The notes beneath the pieces were generated by a model. The model did no database searches. It saw only the letters and a program-made list of their open reading frames with translations, and was not told the DNA's origin. From Myxococcota bacterium (GTDB lineage Bacteria > Myxococcota_A > UBA9042 > PHBI01 > JAWLBL01), in NCBI GenBank assembly GCA_041687695.1, contig JAWLBL010000017.1, positions 32,001 through 96,000 on the forward strand: DNA of 64,000 bases, in the 5' to 3' direction. This document shows positions 35,580-48,409 of this stretch, piece by piece (the stretch's first letter is position 1; each line of letters begins with the position of its first letter). A program made the position numbers and the translations under genes.

Positions 35580-36947
35580 TTACTCGACGCTTTCGCTGTC
35601 CTCGGGGCCCGACGCGGCGCCGGCGGCCGGGGCGGTCGCGCTCTCGGCGGCCGTCTCAGCGGCGTCGGTCGTGCTCTCTTGCGGTGCGTCCGTGATCTTC
35701 GCATGCCGCTGCAGCAGGTCAAGGACGGTGCGCTCACGGAGCTCGAGGCGAAGGCCCTCGCGCTCCTCGGGCTTCTCGAACTGACGCGCGACCCGCTCGC
35801 CACCGGTCTCGATGCGCTTGACGATCTCGGCGTCGACCTGCGCGTCGGTGACCGTCAGCTCCTCGCTGTCGGCCAGGGCCTCGAGGGCCAGGTAGCGCTT
35901 GACGGCGCGCTCGGCCTGCCCGTGTAGCTGCTGGACGTTCTGCTGCACGAACTGGATGGCCTGCTCGCGCGGCAGCCCTTGCATCGTCAACATGGAGGCC
36001 AGGCGACGGGCGTTCGCCTCCAGCTGCCCCTGGACCATCGCCGACGGCACCTGGAAGGGGTTGCGCTCGAGGAGCACGGAGATCAGCCCGTCCTCGAGCT
36101 TGCGCTCGCGCTCGCCAGCGGCCGTGGTCTCGAGGCGCGACGTGATGTCGGCGCGTAGCGCCTCGACGGAGTCGAAGCCGACGTCCTGGGCGAAGTCGTC
36201 GTCGATCTCGGGCAGCTCCTCGACGACGTGCTGGGTGACCTCGACCTCGAACTCGGCGGCCTTGCCGGCGAGATCGGCGTGGTAGTCGTCGGGGAAGTTC
36301 AGCGAGACGGTGCGGGACTCACCGACCCGCGCGCCCATCAGCTGGTCCTCGAAGCCCGGGATGAGCTGGCCGCTGCCGATCTTGATCTCCATGTCCTGGG
36401 TGTCCAGGCGCGGATCGGCCTCGCCCTCGACCTTGCCCTTGGTGTTGACGACCAGGATGTCGCCCGTGTCCGCGCCGCGGTCCTCGACCGGCACGCGCTC
36501 CTTGTGGCGGCCACGCAGCTGCTCGATCTCGGCGTCGACCTGCGCCGCGTCCACGACCGCGGGAGGGACCGAGACCTCGATGCCGCGCCAGCTGGCGATC
36601 TTCAGGTGCGGCTTGACCTGGATGCGGATGGCGTAGCGGAGCGGCTCGCCCTCGCGCGCGATCCCCGGCTCGATGTTGGGCTCGCCGACCGTCGGTCGAT
36701 CGACCTTGTCGAGCGCCTCGGCGAAGCTGGCGTTGATGAGGTTACGCGTCGCGTCGGACGCGATCTGGCCGCCGTAGAGCTTCTTGACCATCGCCCGCGG
36801 CGCCTTGCCCGGCCGGAAGCCCTTGATGCGAGCCTTGCGGCCGATCTCGCTCAACTGCCGATCGAGCTCGCGGTCGACCTCGCTCGCCGCGATCTCGACC
36901 TCGACCTTCATCTCCACATCGCTCAGCGCCTGGACCGACGTCTGCAT
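35580..36947 (-). CDS. tig: Trigger factor
   Basis: GFRPGKAP ribosome-binding motif, LIPGFEDQL, FPDDYH; tig-clpP-clpX-lon synteny. Confidence 0.95.
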   Translation of the reverse strand: MQTSVQALSDVEMKVEVEIAASEVDRELDRQLSEIGRKARIKGFRPGKAPRAMVKKLYGGQIASDATRNLINASFAEALDKVDRPTVGEPNIEPGIAREGEPLRYAIRIQVKPHLKIASWRGIEVSVPPAVVDAAQVDAEIEQLRGRHKERVPVEDRGADTGDILVVNTKGKVEGEADPRLDTQDMEIKIGSGQLIPGFEDQLMGARVGESRTVSLNFPDDYHADLAGKAAEFEVEVTQHVVEELPEIDDDFAQDVGFDSVEALRADITSRLETTAAGERERKLEDGLISVLLERNPFQVPSAMVQGQLEANARRLASMLTMQGLPREQAIQFVQQNVQQLHGQAERAVKRYLALEALADSEELTVTDAQVDAEIVKRIETGGERVARQFEKPEEREGLRLELRERTVLDLLQRHAKITDAPQESTTDAAETAAESATAPAAGAASGPEDSESVE

Positions 36948-36982
36948 GGCGGCCTCGTCCTCGTCGTGCTGCGTTGGGGCCG

Positions 36983-37063
36983 TGCGAGAGGGGGGACTCG
37001 AACCCCCACGGATGAACCACTGGAACCTAAATCCAGCGCGTCTACCAGTTCCGCCACTCTCGC
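36983..37063 (-). tRNA. tRNA-Leu (anticodon TAG); CCA not encoded
   Basis: GCGAGAGTGGCGGAACTGGTAGACGCG CTGGA TT TAG GT TCCAG, long variable arm, GGGGGTTCGAGTCCCCC. Confidence 0.95.
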
Positions 37064-37153
37064 GCGTGCTGGGGCGACGACCGGCTCAGCCGCGGACCCG
37101 AAGGCGGGGGCTGGGGCCAGGCGCCGTAGGTGAAAAGCTTGGGCCTGAAACAG

Positions 37154-37186
37154 AAAAAGACAGGTCGCCGGAGCGACCTGTCTTTT
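37154..37186 (-). terminator. Intrinsic terminator after tRNA-Lys
   Basis: AAAAGACAGGTCGC-TCCG-GCGACCTGTCTTTTT hairpin with T-run on the minus strand. Confidence 0.8.
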
Positions 37187-37261
37187 GGTGGGTGCGGAAG
37201 GAATCGAACCTTCAACCTACGGATTAAGAGTCCGGTGCTCTGCCAATTGAGCTACGCACCC
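37186..37261 (-). tRNA. tRNA-Lys (anticodon CTT); CCA encoded
   Basis: GGGTGCGTAGCTCAATTGGCAGAGCA CCGGA CT CTT AA TCCGT ... GGTTCGATTCC ... CACCCACCA. Confidence 0.95.
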
Positions 37262-37454
37262 GCAGGGGTCACGGGTTTTCGGTCGCTGCCGACCTTGGGG
37301 GCCGGTTAAGTGCCGGATGCGGACCGTCTTGTCAAGACTCTGTTGTCATCTTCTCGCCGACGGCGTCCGCCGCGAGTTCGCGGGGCCCTCGACGACCAGG
37401 GAGGATCCGCTGCGGCGCTCGCGTGCGAGGCGACGCGAGCGGGTCGCAGAGGTG

Positions 37455-37528
37455 TGCGCCCGGCAGGATTCGAACCTGCGGCCTGCGGATTCGAAGTCCG
37501 ATGCTCTATCCAGCTGAGCTACGGGCGC
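37455..37528 (-). tRNA. tRNA-Arg (anticodon TCG); CCA not encoded
   Basis: GCGCCCGTAGCTCAGCTGGATAGAGCA TCGGA CT TCG AA TCCGC ... GGTTCGAATCC; Arg identity A20. Confidence 0.92.
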
Positions 37529-37537
37529 GAAGAGAAC

Positions 37538-37615
37538 TGGGGTGAGTGAGGGGGTTTGAACCCCCGACCTCCGGTGCCACAAACCGGCGCTCTAACCAAC
37601 TGAGCTACACTCACC
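37538..37615 (-). tRNA. tRNA-His (anticodon GTG), with encoded G-1 and CCA
   Basis: GGTGAGTGTAGCTCAGTTGGTTAGAGCG CCGGT TT GTG GC ACCGG ... ACTCACCCCA. Confidence 0.95.
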
Positions 37616-37644
37616 GCAAGGAGACGACTGACTGAAAGAGAGCG

Positions 37645-37718
<74 letters not shown>

Positions 37719-37745
37719 TCAGTGCGTCGGCTTCGGCAGGCGGAA

Positions 37746-37774
37746 TTCATAGTGACGTGCTCAGGGGTTGTCAA
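37746..37774 (-). promoter_or_regulatory. Sigma-70-type promoter for the tRNA cluster
   Basis: Minus strand TTGACA-N17-TATGAA, about 27 nt upstream of tRNA-Arg(TCT). Confidence 0.7.
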
Positions 37775-37910
37775 CGCTTTTTGCGGGGCGGCTACCAACA
37801 CGCCGGACAACCGGCGAACCAGGGCCCGAACCCGGGGTGGGGAGGTGGTCGGCGCGCGCGCTCGCCCGGCCGCGCGCTCGAGCGCGGGCGACGCGCGGAC
37901 CCACGGCCGA

Positions 37911-37938
37911 TTGACACGATCGGCACGCTTGTTACGCT
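37911..37938 (+). promoter_or_regulatory. Putative sigma-70-type promoter (short leader) for the gene at 37948
   Basis: TTGACA-N16-TACGCT with TG upstream of the -10. Confidence 0.45.
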
Positions 37939-37947
37939 CTCGCGCGG

Positions 37948-38634
37948 ATGAGTGAACGGCGGCCAGACGCGTCCGATGGGAACGCAACCGATGGCGGCGA
38001 GGGCGACCTCGTCGATCGCACCGAGGGCATCGCCGATCGGGCCCTCGGACTGTTGCCCCAGGACGTCGGGCTGCCCAACGTCCGCGACGAGGCCGGTCGT
38101 GTGGCCGCCTTCTTCGGCTCGATCCACTCGCGCTTTCTGCTCTTCGTCGTGCTGTTCTACCTGGCAGCGGGCATCGCCGGTTCGGTGATCGCCCTCGTGG
38201 GAGCGCCGCCCTTGGGGGCGCTCCACGACTGGTTCATGCACGTCGGCTTCTACGTCGTGATCTTCGCGTTCACGATCCTCTATGTGAAGGCCCACCTGCT
38301 CCGTCGCCGCATCGCTCGCGGCGTGTTCGCGATCGTCACGGTCGTCTTGCAGTTGTTCTTCGCCTGGGTGCTGGTGGACCTGGTCCCGCCCCGGATCGTC
38401 GTCACGCCGATCGTCGTCGAGGGCCGCGAGACCATCGACGCCGTCCGTCGTGGCGCCCTGCCCGAGCTCTGGATCCCGGCGGTCATGCTGGCCGCTAGCG
38501 CCTCCCTCTTGCTGATGCACTGGCTGGTCCTGGCCCGCTACGCCGGGCCGCGCCCTGGTGCTGGTCGGCCTCAGCCTCGGCCGCAGGGGCGCCGGGCCGA
38601 GGGCCTCGACGGTGCGGAGCCCGCGCCGCGATGA
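37948..38634 (+). CDS. Hypothetical integral membrane protein (about 4 TM)
   Basis: Four long hydrophobic segments; ATGA overlap with the next gene. Confidence 0.7.
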   Translation: MSERRPDASDGNATDGGEGDLVDRTEGIADRALGLLPQDVGLPNVRDEAGRVAAFFGSIHSRFLLFVVLFYLAAGIAGSVIALVGAPPLGALHDWFMHVGFYVVIFAFTILYVKAHLLRRRIARGVFAIVTVVLQLFFAWVLVDLVPPRIVVTPIVVEGRETIDAVRRGALPELWIPAVMLAASASLLLMHWLVLARYAGPRPGAGRPQPRPQGRRAEGLDGAEPAPR

Positions 38635-39329
38635 GTCAGGCCACCCTCGTCGTCGCGATCGAAGACGCGTTGAACGACGCCGGGGCCCGGCTGGCGCGAC
38701 TGGTGGTCACCAACAACCGTGTCCACCTCGTCTCGTGCCGGCGGGTCGACGACGCCCTCGAAGTGCGCATCTCTTCGCGCCTGTTGGTCCTCGGCAGCGC
38801 CGTCGTGGATCCAGTCGTCGGGTTCACCCTGGGCCGCCCCGCGGCCAAGGCGCGGCTGCAGGCGCTGTTCGAGGCCCTGCCTCCCGCGCCCCCACCTCGA
38901 CGGCGTCCGGCTCGCGTCGAGCCACGTGGGCGGTTCCACGATCTCAGGGAGCTCGCGCGCTCCGAGTCGCTTCGACACTTCGGCCGGGACCTCGACGTGA
39001 GGGTGTCCTGGGGGCGACGTAGCCCCGCGCGGCGTCGCCAGCGCAGCATCCGGCTGGGCTCGTACCAGTCGGAGAGCGGGCTCATCCGCGTTCACCCGCT
39101 GCTCGACCACCCCGCGGTCCCGGACTGGTTCGTGGGGTTCGTGCTGTTCCACGAGCTGCTGCACCACGAGCTCGGCATCGACGCGCGCGACGGCGGCGGC
39201 CGGCGCATCATCCACCCTCCCGAGTTCAGGGCCCGCGAGGCGGCGCATCCGCGCTTTCACGAGGCCATGCGGTGGGAGCGCGAGATGCTGCCGTTGCTGC
39301 TCGATGGACGTCTGCAGTCGCGTCGCTGA
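38631..39329 (+). CDS. SprT/YgjP-like zinc metalloprotease-domain protein
   Basis: IRLGSY...IRVHPLLD...VP.WFV.FVLFHELLHH...HPPEF (HExxH + downstream H). Confidence 0.75.
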   Translation: MSQATLVVAIEDALNDAGARLARLVVTNNRVHLVSCRRVDDALEVRISSRLLVLGSAVVDPVVGFTLGRPAAKARLQALFEALPPAPPPRRRPARVEPRGRFHDLRELARSESLRHFGRDLDVRVSWGRRSPARRRQRSIRLGSYQSESGLIRVHPLLDHPAVPDWFVGFVLFHELLHHELGIDARDGGGRRIIHPPEFRAREAAHPRFHEAMRWEREMLPLLLDGRLQSRR

Positions 39330-39358
39330 GGTCGCAGGCGCGTCGCTGAGGTCGCAGG
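39319..39358. repeat. Perfect 20-bp tandem duplication spanning a stop codon
   Basis: CGCGTCGCTGAGGTCGCAGG at 39319-39338 and 39339-39358. Confidence 0.85.
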
Positions 39359-39424
39359 AGCGGCGGGGCTTCGAGCGGCCGCGCCGGCCGGCCGGCCCGT
39401 CGAGGGCGGCGGCCGGGTGATCGG

Positions 39425-41074
39425 CTAAGGACGCGCGACTTCCTGGGCCGCGTCCTTCAAAGCCGTCTCGGCTTCGACGGGGCGCGGCGCGGCGGCCGAG
39501 GAGGGGAGGGCGGCCTTGTCGACGGGCGCTGCGCCGATGAGCCCCGGCGTCGTGCTGTGGACCAGGCTGCGGCCCGCTTCGTGGGCCACCTCGAGGGTGC
39601 TCGAGGGGATGAGGCCCAGGATGACGGTGAGCGCGGCGGCGAGACCGAGGCTCCATCCCAGGGGGCGGCTGGTGACCGTCTCGACGGGCTGCACCTCGGG
39701 CTTCATGAAGGCCACGACGATGATGCGCAGGTAGTAGTAGGCGCTGATGATGCTGTTGATGACGGCCAGGATGACCAGCCACAGGTAGTCGCCCGTCGGC
39801 GACTGAAGGACCTCGCTGAAGATGGTCAGCTTGCCGATGAAGCCCGCCGTGACCGGGATGCCCAGGAGCGACAGGACCGAGATGGTGAGCACGACGGCCA
39901 GGGCCGGGTGGCGGTAGGCCAGGCCGGAGTAGGACGGGTCGGACGCGTCCTCGTTGTCGTTGGCGCCGATGGCGGCGGCGACGCCGAACGCGGCCGCGTT
40001 GGCCAGCGTGTACGCCAGCAGATAGAAGACCAGCCCGGCGCCGAGCGCGTTGAGCGTCAGCGTGCCGTCCGCCACGGCGGGAGCGGCCAGGAGCGCGATG
40101 AGGATGTAGCCGGTGTGGGCGATGGCCGAGTAGGCGAGGACCCGCTTGAGGTTCTTCTGGGCCAGCGCCATCAGGTTGCCGCCGAACATGCTGACCACCG
40201 CCAGGATGGCGACCAGGGTCTCCCAGGAGGCGGCGCCCTCGCGGAACTGATCGTCGCCGAAGCAGGTCAGCAGGACGCGGGCCAGGGCGCCGAAGGCGGC
40301 GGTCTTGACGGCGACCGCCATCAGGCCGCTGACCGAGGCCGGTGCGCCCTCGTAGACGTCCGGGGTCCACATGTGGAAGGGGGCTGCGGCGATCTTGAAG
40401 GCGAAGGCGCCGAGGATGAGCACCATGCCGAGGTGGGCGACGCCTTCGAGCCCGAGCCCCTCCTCGACGTTGCCGAAGGCGAAGACGCGCGCGATGTCGG
40501 GCAGCGTGATGGCGCCGGTGACGCCCCAGACGAAGGCGATGCCGAGCAGGAGCAGGGCGGACGCGAACGAGCCGAGGATGAAGTACTTCATCGCGGCTTC
40601 GATGGCGTAGGGGCTCTGTCGCTTGAAGCCGGCCAGGATGTAGACGGCGATGGACATGACCTCGAGCGCGATGAACAGCGTGAGGAGGTCGTTGGCCGTG
40701 ACCAGGCACATCATGCCGAGGACGCTGAACGAGACCAGGCTGTAGTACTCGGCGTGGTCGGAGCGCTGGGCCGGCAGGTAGTGGATGGCGGTCAGCGTCG
40801 TCAGCAGGCCGCCCACGGCGATGACGGCCATGAGCGCGAGGCCGAAGGCGTCGAAGCGCAGGGCGTTGGAGAGCCACGGCGATTCGAAGGCCACCGGGGT
40901 GCGGTCCCATAGCCACCAGATGGCCACCAGGGCGGCCAGGAAGCCGAAGCCCGTCAAGTAGCCGAGCCAACCCTTGAAGGAGCCGGCCGGTGCGAAGGCG
41001 CCCACGAGCATCGTCAGTAGCCCAACGAAGGTGACGATGAGCAGGGGCGAGATTTGGAGGAGCTCCAGCAACAT
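39425..41074 (-). CDS. nuoN: NADH-quinone oxidoreductase subunit N
   Basis: EAAMKYFILG, FKIAAAPFHMWTPDVYEGAP, KRVLAYSAIAH, SAYYYLR. Confidence 0.95.
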   Translation of the reverse strand: MLLELLQISPLLIVTFVGLLTMLVGAFAPAGSFKGWLGYLTGFGFLAALVAIWWLWDRTPVAFESPWLSNALRFDAFGLALMAVIAVGGLLTTLTAIHYLPAQRSDHAEYYSLVSFSVLGMMCLVTANDLLTLFIALEVMSIAVYILAGFKRQSPYAIEAAMKYFILGSFASALLLLGIAFVWGVTGAITLPDIARVFAFGNVEEGLGLEGVAHLGMVLILGAFAFKIAAAPFHMWTPDVYEGAPASVSGLMAVAVKTAAFGALARVLLTCFGDDQFREGAASWETLVAILAVVSMFGGNLMALAQKNLKRVLAYSAIAHTGYILIALLAAPAVADGTLTLNALGAGLVFYLLAYTLANAAAFGVAAAIGANDNEDASDPSYSGLAYRHPALAVVLTISVLSLLGIPVTAGFIGKLTIFSEVLQSPTGDYLWLVILAVINSIISAYYYLRIIVVAFMKPEVQPVETVTSRPLGWSLGLAAALTVILGLIPSSTLEVAHEAGRSLVHSTTPGLIGAAPVDKAALPSSAAAPRPVEAETALKDAAQEVARP

Positions 41075-41084
41075 CTGGGTTACC

Positions 41085-42746
41085 TCAGCGGGCCTGGGCG
41101 TCGGCGACGGCGCGGCGGGGCGCGACGCGGATGTCGGGGGCGGCGTCGGCCGCCATGTCGCGGCGCTCGAGGCGCTCGCGGTCACGGACCTGCTCGACGA
41201 TGGGCTCGGTGCGATCGATGAGCGCTGCGACCGAGGCGTGCATCTTGCTCAGGAAGAAGTTCGGGAACAGCCCGATGAAGAAGATCAGCAGGATGAGCGG
41301 GGCGAGGACGAGCAGCTCGCGGCCGTTCATGTCCTTGACCTCGAGGTTGGCCTCGTGGGTGACCGGGCCGAAGAAGACCTTGCGGAACATGGTCAGCATG
41401 TAGACGGCGCCCAGCACTACGCCGGTGGTGGCCAGGACGGTCATCAGGACGACGAGCTTGGGCCAGGAGCCGAGGCCCAGCTCGCGGACGACAGGGAGGC
41501 CTTCGGCGAAGGTGCCGCTGAGGATCATGAACTCGCCGATGAACCCGTTGGTGGTCGGCAGGCCGATGGAGCTGAGGGTCACGATGAGGAAGAGCGTCGT
41601 GAAGACGGGGGTGATGGCCGCCAGGCCGCCGTAGTGGGCGATGAGGCGGGTGTGGCGGCGCTCGTAGATGATGCCGACCAGCAGGAAGAGGGCGCCCGTC
41701 GAGATGCCGTGGTTGATCATCTGCAAGATGGCGCCTTCGACGGCGGTCTGGTTGAGCGCCACGATGCCGAGCATGACGAAGCCGAGGTGGCTGACCGACG
41801 AGTAGGCGACCAGCTTCTTGATGTCCTGCTGGGCGAAGGCGACCAGCGCGCCGTAGACGATGCCGACCACGGAGAGGATGAGGATGAGCGGCGAGAACTC
41901 GCCCATGGCCACGGGGAAGAGGGGAAGGGCGAACCGCAGGAAGCCGTAGGTGCCCATCTTCAGGAGGACGCCGGCCAGGATGACGGACCCGGCGGTGGGC
42001 GCCTCGGTGTGGGCGTCGGGCAGCCAGGTGTGGAACGGGAAGAGGGGGACCTTGATGGCGAAGGCCAGGGCGAAGGCGCCGAAGAGCCACATCTGCTCGG
42101 TGGCGGTCAGCTCGATGGCCAGGATGTCGGCGTAGTCGAAGCTGCCGGCCTGCAGGCGCAGGTAGATGACGCCGACCAGCATCAGGAGCGAGCCGACCAC
42201 CGTGTAGATGAAGAACTTCACGGTGGCGTACAGGCGGTTCTTGCCGCCCCAGATCCCGATGAGCAGGTACATCGGGATGAGCATCAGCTCCCAGAACAGG
42301 TAGAAGAGCAGGAGATCCGTCGCGACCAGCGTGCCGATCATCGCGGACTCGAGGATCAGCATGTTGATGCAGAACTCGCGTACCCGCTCGGTGATCGCGG
42401 AGGTCGAGCCGATGAGGATGAGCGGCGTCAGGAACGTGGTCAGCAGGATGATCCACAGGCTGATGCCGTCGACGCCGAGGCGCCAGTCGGCGCCGAGGGC
42501 GCTGATCCACGGGACGGCCTCGACCCATTGAAAGCCCGGCTCGGTGGCGTCGAAGCCCGTGAGCAGGGGCAGGGACAGGAAGAAGACGAGGCCGCTGATG
42601 GCGGCGCTGACGCCGCGGTGGGCCGTCTTCTGGTCGCCCGGGATGAAGGCGAGCAGGAGCGCGCCCAACAGCGGCGTGACGACGAGGATCGTCAGGAGCG
42701 CGATGCCGCCGCCTGGCGTGGCGAGGGTAGGTGCCAGTGCTTCCAT
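41085..42746 (-). CDS. nuoM: NADH-quinone oxidoreductase subunit M
   Basis: GVDGIS, FWELMLIP, KVPLFPFHTWLPDAHTEAP, LLKMGTYG, FIGEF. Confidence 0.95.
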   Translation of the reverse strand: MEALAPTLATPGGGIALLTILVVTPLLGALLLAFIPGDQKTAHRGVSAAISGLVFFLSLPLLTGFDATEPGFQWVEAVPWISALGADWRLGVDGISLWIILLTTFLTPLILIGSTSAITERVREFCINMLILESAMIGTLVATDLLLFYLFWELMLIPMYLLIGIWGGKNRLYATVKFFIYTVVGSLLMLVGVIYLRLQAGSFDYADILAIELTATEQMWLFGAFALAFAIKVPLFPFHTWLPDAHTEAPTAGSVILAGVLLKMGTYGFLRFALPLFPVAMGEFSPLILILSVVGIVYGALVAFAQQDIKKLVAYSSVSHLGFVMLGIVALNQTAVEGAILQMINHGISTGALFLLVGIIYERRHTRLIAHYGGLAAITPVFTTLFLIVTLSSIGLPTTNGFIGEFMILSGTFAEGLPVVRELGLGSWPKLVVLMTVLATTGVVLGAVYMLTMFRKVFFGPVTHEANLEVKDMNGRELLVLAPLILLIFFIGLFPNFFLSKMHASVAALIDRTEPIVEQVRDRERLERRDMAADAAPDIRVAPRRAVADAQAR

Positions 42747-42755
42747 GTCGAACGC

Positions 42756-44714
<1,959 letters not shown>

Positions 44715-44738
44715 CTTGGGGGCGCTCCGGGGTCCGGG

Positions 44739-45047
44739 CTAGTAGCGCATGGCGTTCATCTCGTCCACGTTGACCGACTTCCGATGACGGAAGACGCCCA
44801 GGACGAGGGCGAGACCGACGGCGGCCTCGGCGGCCGCGACCGCGATGACGAAGAAGGTGACGACGTGGCCCGTCATGTCGCCGCGGTAGCGGGCGAACGC
44901 GATGAACACGAGGTTCACGGCGTTGAGCATGATCTCGACCGACATGAGGACGACCAGCGCGTTGCGACGCGTGAAGACCCCGATCGCGCCGATGACGAAC
45001 AGGATGAGCGCGACGATGAGGTACCAGCTCAGAGGGACGGACGGCAT
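44739..45047 (-). CDS. nuoK: NADH-quinone oxidoreductase subunit K
   Basis: RRNALVVLMSVEIMLNAVN, AAAEAAVGLAL. Confidence 0.95.
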   Translation of the reverse strand: MPSVPLSWYLIVALILFVIGAIGVFTRRNALVVLMSVEIMLNAVNLVFIAFARYRGDMTGHVVTFFVIAVAAAEAAVGLALVLGVFRHRKSVNVDEMNAMRY

Positions 45048-45565
45048 CAGAGGGTCCTCTTGGCCAGGACGACGGCGCCGATGACGGCGATGAGGAGCAG
45101 GATGGACGTCAGCTCGAACGGAAAGAGGAACTGACGGAAGAGCATGTCGCCGACACCCTCGACGGTGCCGAAGCTCGCCATGGCAGGCGTGGTGGCGTCG
45201 GCGGCGGGGAGGTTGTCCACGGCCGAAGCGACGAGGGCGACCTTGAGCCCGACCCAGACCATCGCGACGCCGCCGAGGAGCTTGGCGAAGGTCCGGCGCT
45301 CCGTGCCCAGCTCGTCCTCGCGCAGGTTGAGCAGCATGATGACGAACATGAACAGCACCATGATGGCGCCGGCGTAGACCATCACCTGTAGGACCGCCAT
45401 CAGGTGCGCCAGCAGCAGCGCGTAGATGCCGGCCATGAAGAAGAACGACACGACCAGGGCCAGCGCCGCGTAGAGCGGATTGCGACCGGTGGGTGGCAGG
45501 ACCACCATGGCCGCCGTCACGATGGCGCCGCCGGACAGCAGCCAGAAGAAGATCTGCTCGAACAT
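45047..45565 (-). CDS. nuoJ: NADH-quinone oxidoreductase subunit J
   Basis: NPLYAAL, QVMVYAGAIMVLFMFVIMLL, PFELTSILLL. Confidence 0.95.
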   Translation of the reverse strand: MFEQIFFWLLSGGAIVTAAMVVLPPTGRNPLYAALALVVSFFFMAGIYALLLAHLMAVLQVMVYAGAIMVLFMFVIMLLNLREDELGTERRTFAKLLGGVAMVWVGLKVALVASAVDNLPAADATTPAMASFGTVEGVGDMLFRQFLFPFELTSILLLIAVIGAVVLAKRTL

Positions 45566-45678
45566 TCGAATGGTCTCTTGCTGGGGGTGGGGCTCGGGTG
45601 AGCTCCACCGTGTTCGGGTCGGCGTTGGGTCGTGGCTCTGCGAGAGAGCCGAGGTCGGCTGGGGCGTAGGTCGGGTGA

Positions 45679-46970
<1,292 letters not shown>

Positions 46971-46971
<1 letters not shown>

Positions 46972-47471
46972 CAGGCGCCTCCGCCGGACCGGGACGCGGC
47001 CCGCAGCTCGTCGATGAGCCGCTCGAGCTGCTCGGGGGTCATGTCTTCGTGGTAGTCTTCGTTGACCTGCAGGGCCGGCGCCGTCCCGCACGCGGCGAGG
47101 CACTCGACGCCCTCGAGGGTGAAGAGCTTGTCGGGCGTGGTCTCGCCCATCCCGATGCCGAGCTTCTTCTTGGCCACGGCCACGAGCTCGTCCGATCCAC
47201 GCAGATAACACGCCACGTTGTGACAGATCTGCAGGTGGTAGCGCCCCACGGGGCGCTTGCGGAGCATCGTGTAGAACGTGGCCGTCGTCAGGACCTTGGT
47301 CTCTGGAAGATCGAGGCGGCGCGCAACGAGCGCCAACGCTTCGCTCGTCAGGTAACCGAACTCGCGTTGCGCCACGTACAGCACGGGGATGAGGGCGCCC
47401 TGACGGTCGGGGTAACGCTTGACCAGGTCGTCGATGCGTTGCTCGGCCGCGGGGCTGAACGCCAGCGTCAT
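46971..47471 (-). CDS. nuoE: NADH-quinone oxidoreductase subunit E
   Basis: ATFYTM, ICHNVAC, VECLAACGTAP 2Fe-2S ligands. Confidence 0.95.
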
Positions 47472-47530
47472 CGGGATATCCTCAATGATTCCATTCGCTT
47501 TCGGCCCGCTCCGGCCTCCGGAGCGGCCCG

Positions 47531-47559
47531 AACATAGGGGAGATGGTGGGGGGTGTCAA
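47531..47559 (-). promoter_or_regulatory. Sigma-70-type promoter of nuoE
   Basis: Minus strand TTGACA-N17-TATGTT about 60 nt upstream of the nuoE ATG. Confidence 0.7.
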
Positions 47560-47730
47560 GACACTTGAACCGGCGCTCACCCGCGTCAGGCCTTGCGCTC
47601 CCGGGCTTTACGGGGCGTCTGGAGGGGTGTCCTCGGGGCCGTTCACGACCGGTGGCCCGGGGTGGGTGGGCAGGGGCGACCGGTAGGCATACCCTGGGGC
47701 CATTGGTGCGGCGCAAGAGGAGGTCGGTCC

Positions 47731-48393
47731 GTGATCGCTCGACAGGCTCTGTTGCTCTCCGCGAGCCCTGGTGCCGGGTTCCGCCCTGTGTGCGACTCGG
47801 CGTCGCTCGCGTTGTTGCCCTTCTACAACGCTCCGGTGCTCGATGTCGCGGTGGTTCAGCTCGCGCAGGTCGGCGTAGAGCGCGTGTCAGTGACGGTGGG
47901 GGCCTCGGGGGACCCGGTTGCGAGGCACGTGGCGAGCACATTGACGTCCCGCCACCCTGGGATCGCGTTCACCGCCCGGGTCGCCAAGGCGGGCTGCGAT
48001 GGCGACTCCCTCTCGAAGGGCCCGCTCTGGGTCGTCGACACCTCGGTGGTGTTCCTGGGAGCCCTCCACGGTTTGGCCCAGGCGCACGCCATTGGCCGGG
48101 CGCCCGTGACCTGGCTGGCGCCCTCCAGGACCTCGCCGGGCCCGACCCACGAAGTGCGTGCCGCCAGCGCGTCGGGTGGCGTGGCGCTGACCTCGTCGGC
48201 GCAGGAGCTCGGCGCTGGCTCGGCCGTGCCGAGCGACATCCTCGCCCGGCTCGTGACCACGGACGGCGCGCGTGCCTGGCGCCACGCCGGCTTCTGGGCC
48301 GACGTGAGCACGCCGGAAGGTTACCTGGACGCGCACCGCCGCGGATGGGCGCACCTCGACCAGCTGCTTGCGCTGGGGCTGCACCAGCGCTGA
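47731..48393 (+). CDS. Degenerate sugar-phosphate nucleotidyltransferase-like protein
   Basis: GAGGAGG RBS + GTG; ALLLSASPGAGFRP...LALLPFYNAPVL and FWADVSTPEGYL echo NTP_transferase N- and C-terminal motifs. Confidence 0.55.
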   Translation: MIARQALLLSASPGAGFRPVCDSASLALLPFYNAPVLDVAVVQLAQVGVERVSVTVGASGDPVARHVASTLTSRHPGIAFTARVAKAGCDGDSLSKGPLWVVDTSVVFLGALHGLAQAHAIGRAPVTWLAPSRTSPGPTHEVRAASASGGVALTSSAQELGAGSAVPSDILARLVTTDGARAWRHAGFWADVSTPEGYLDAHRRGWAHLDQLLALGLHQR

Positions 48394-48409
48394 ACGCCGC
48401 CGGGCGGTC

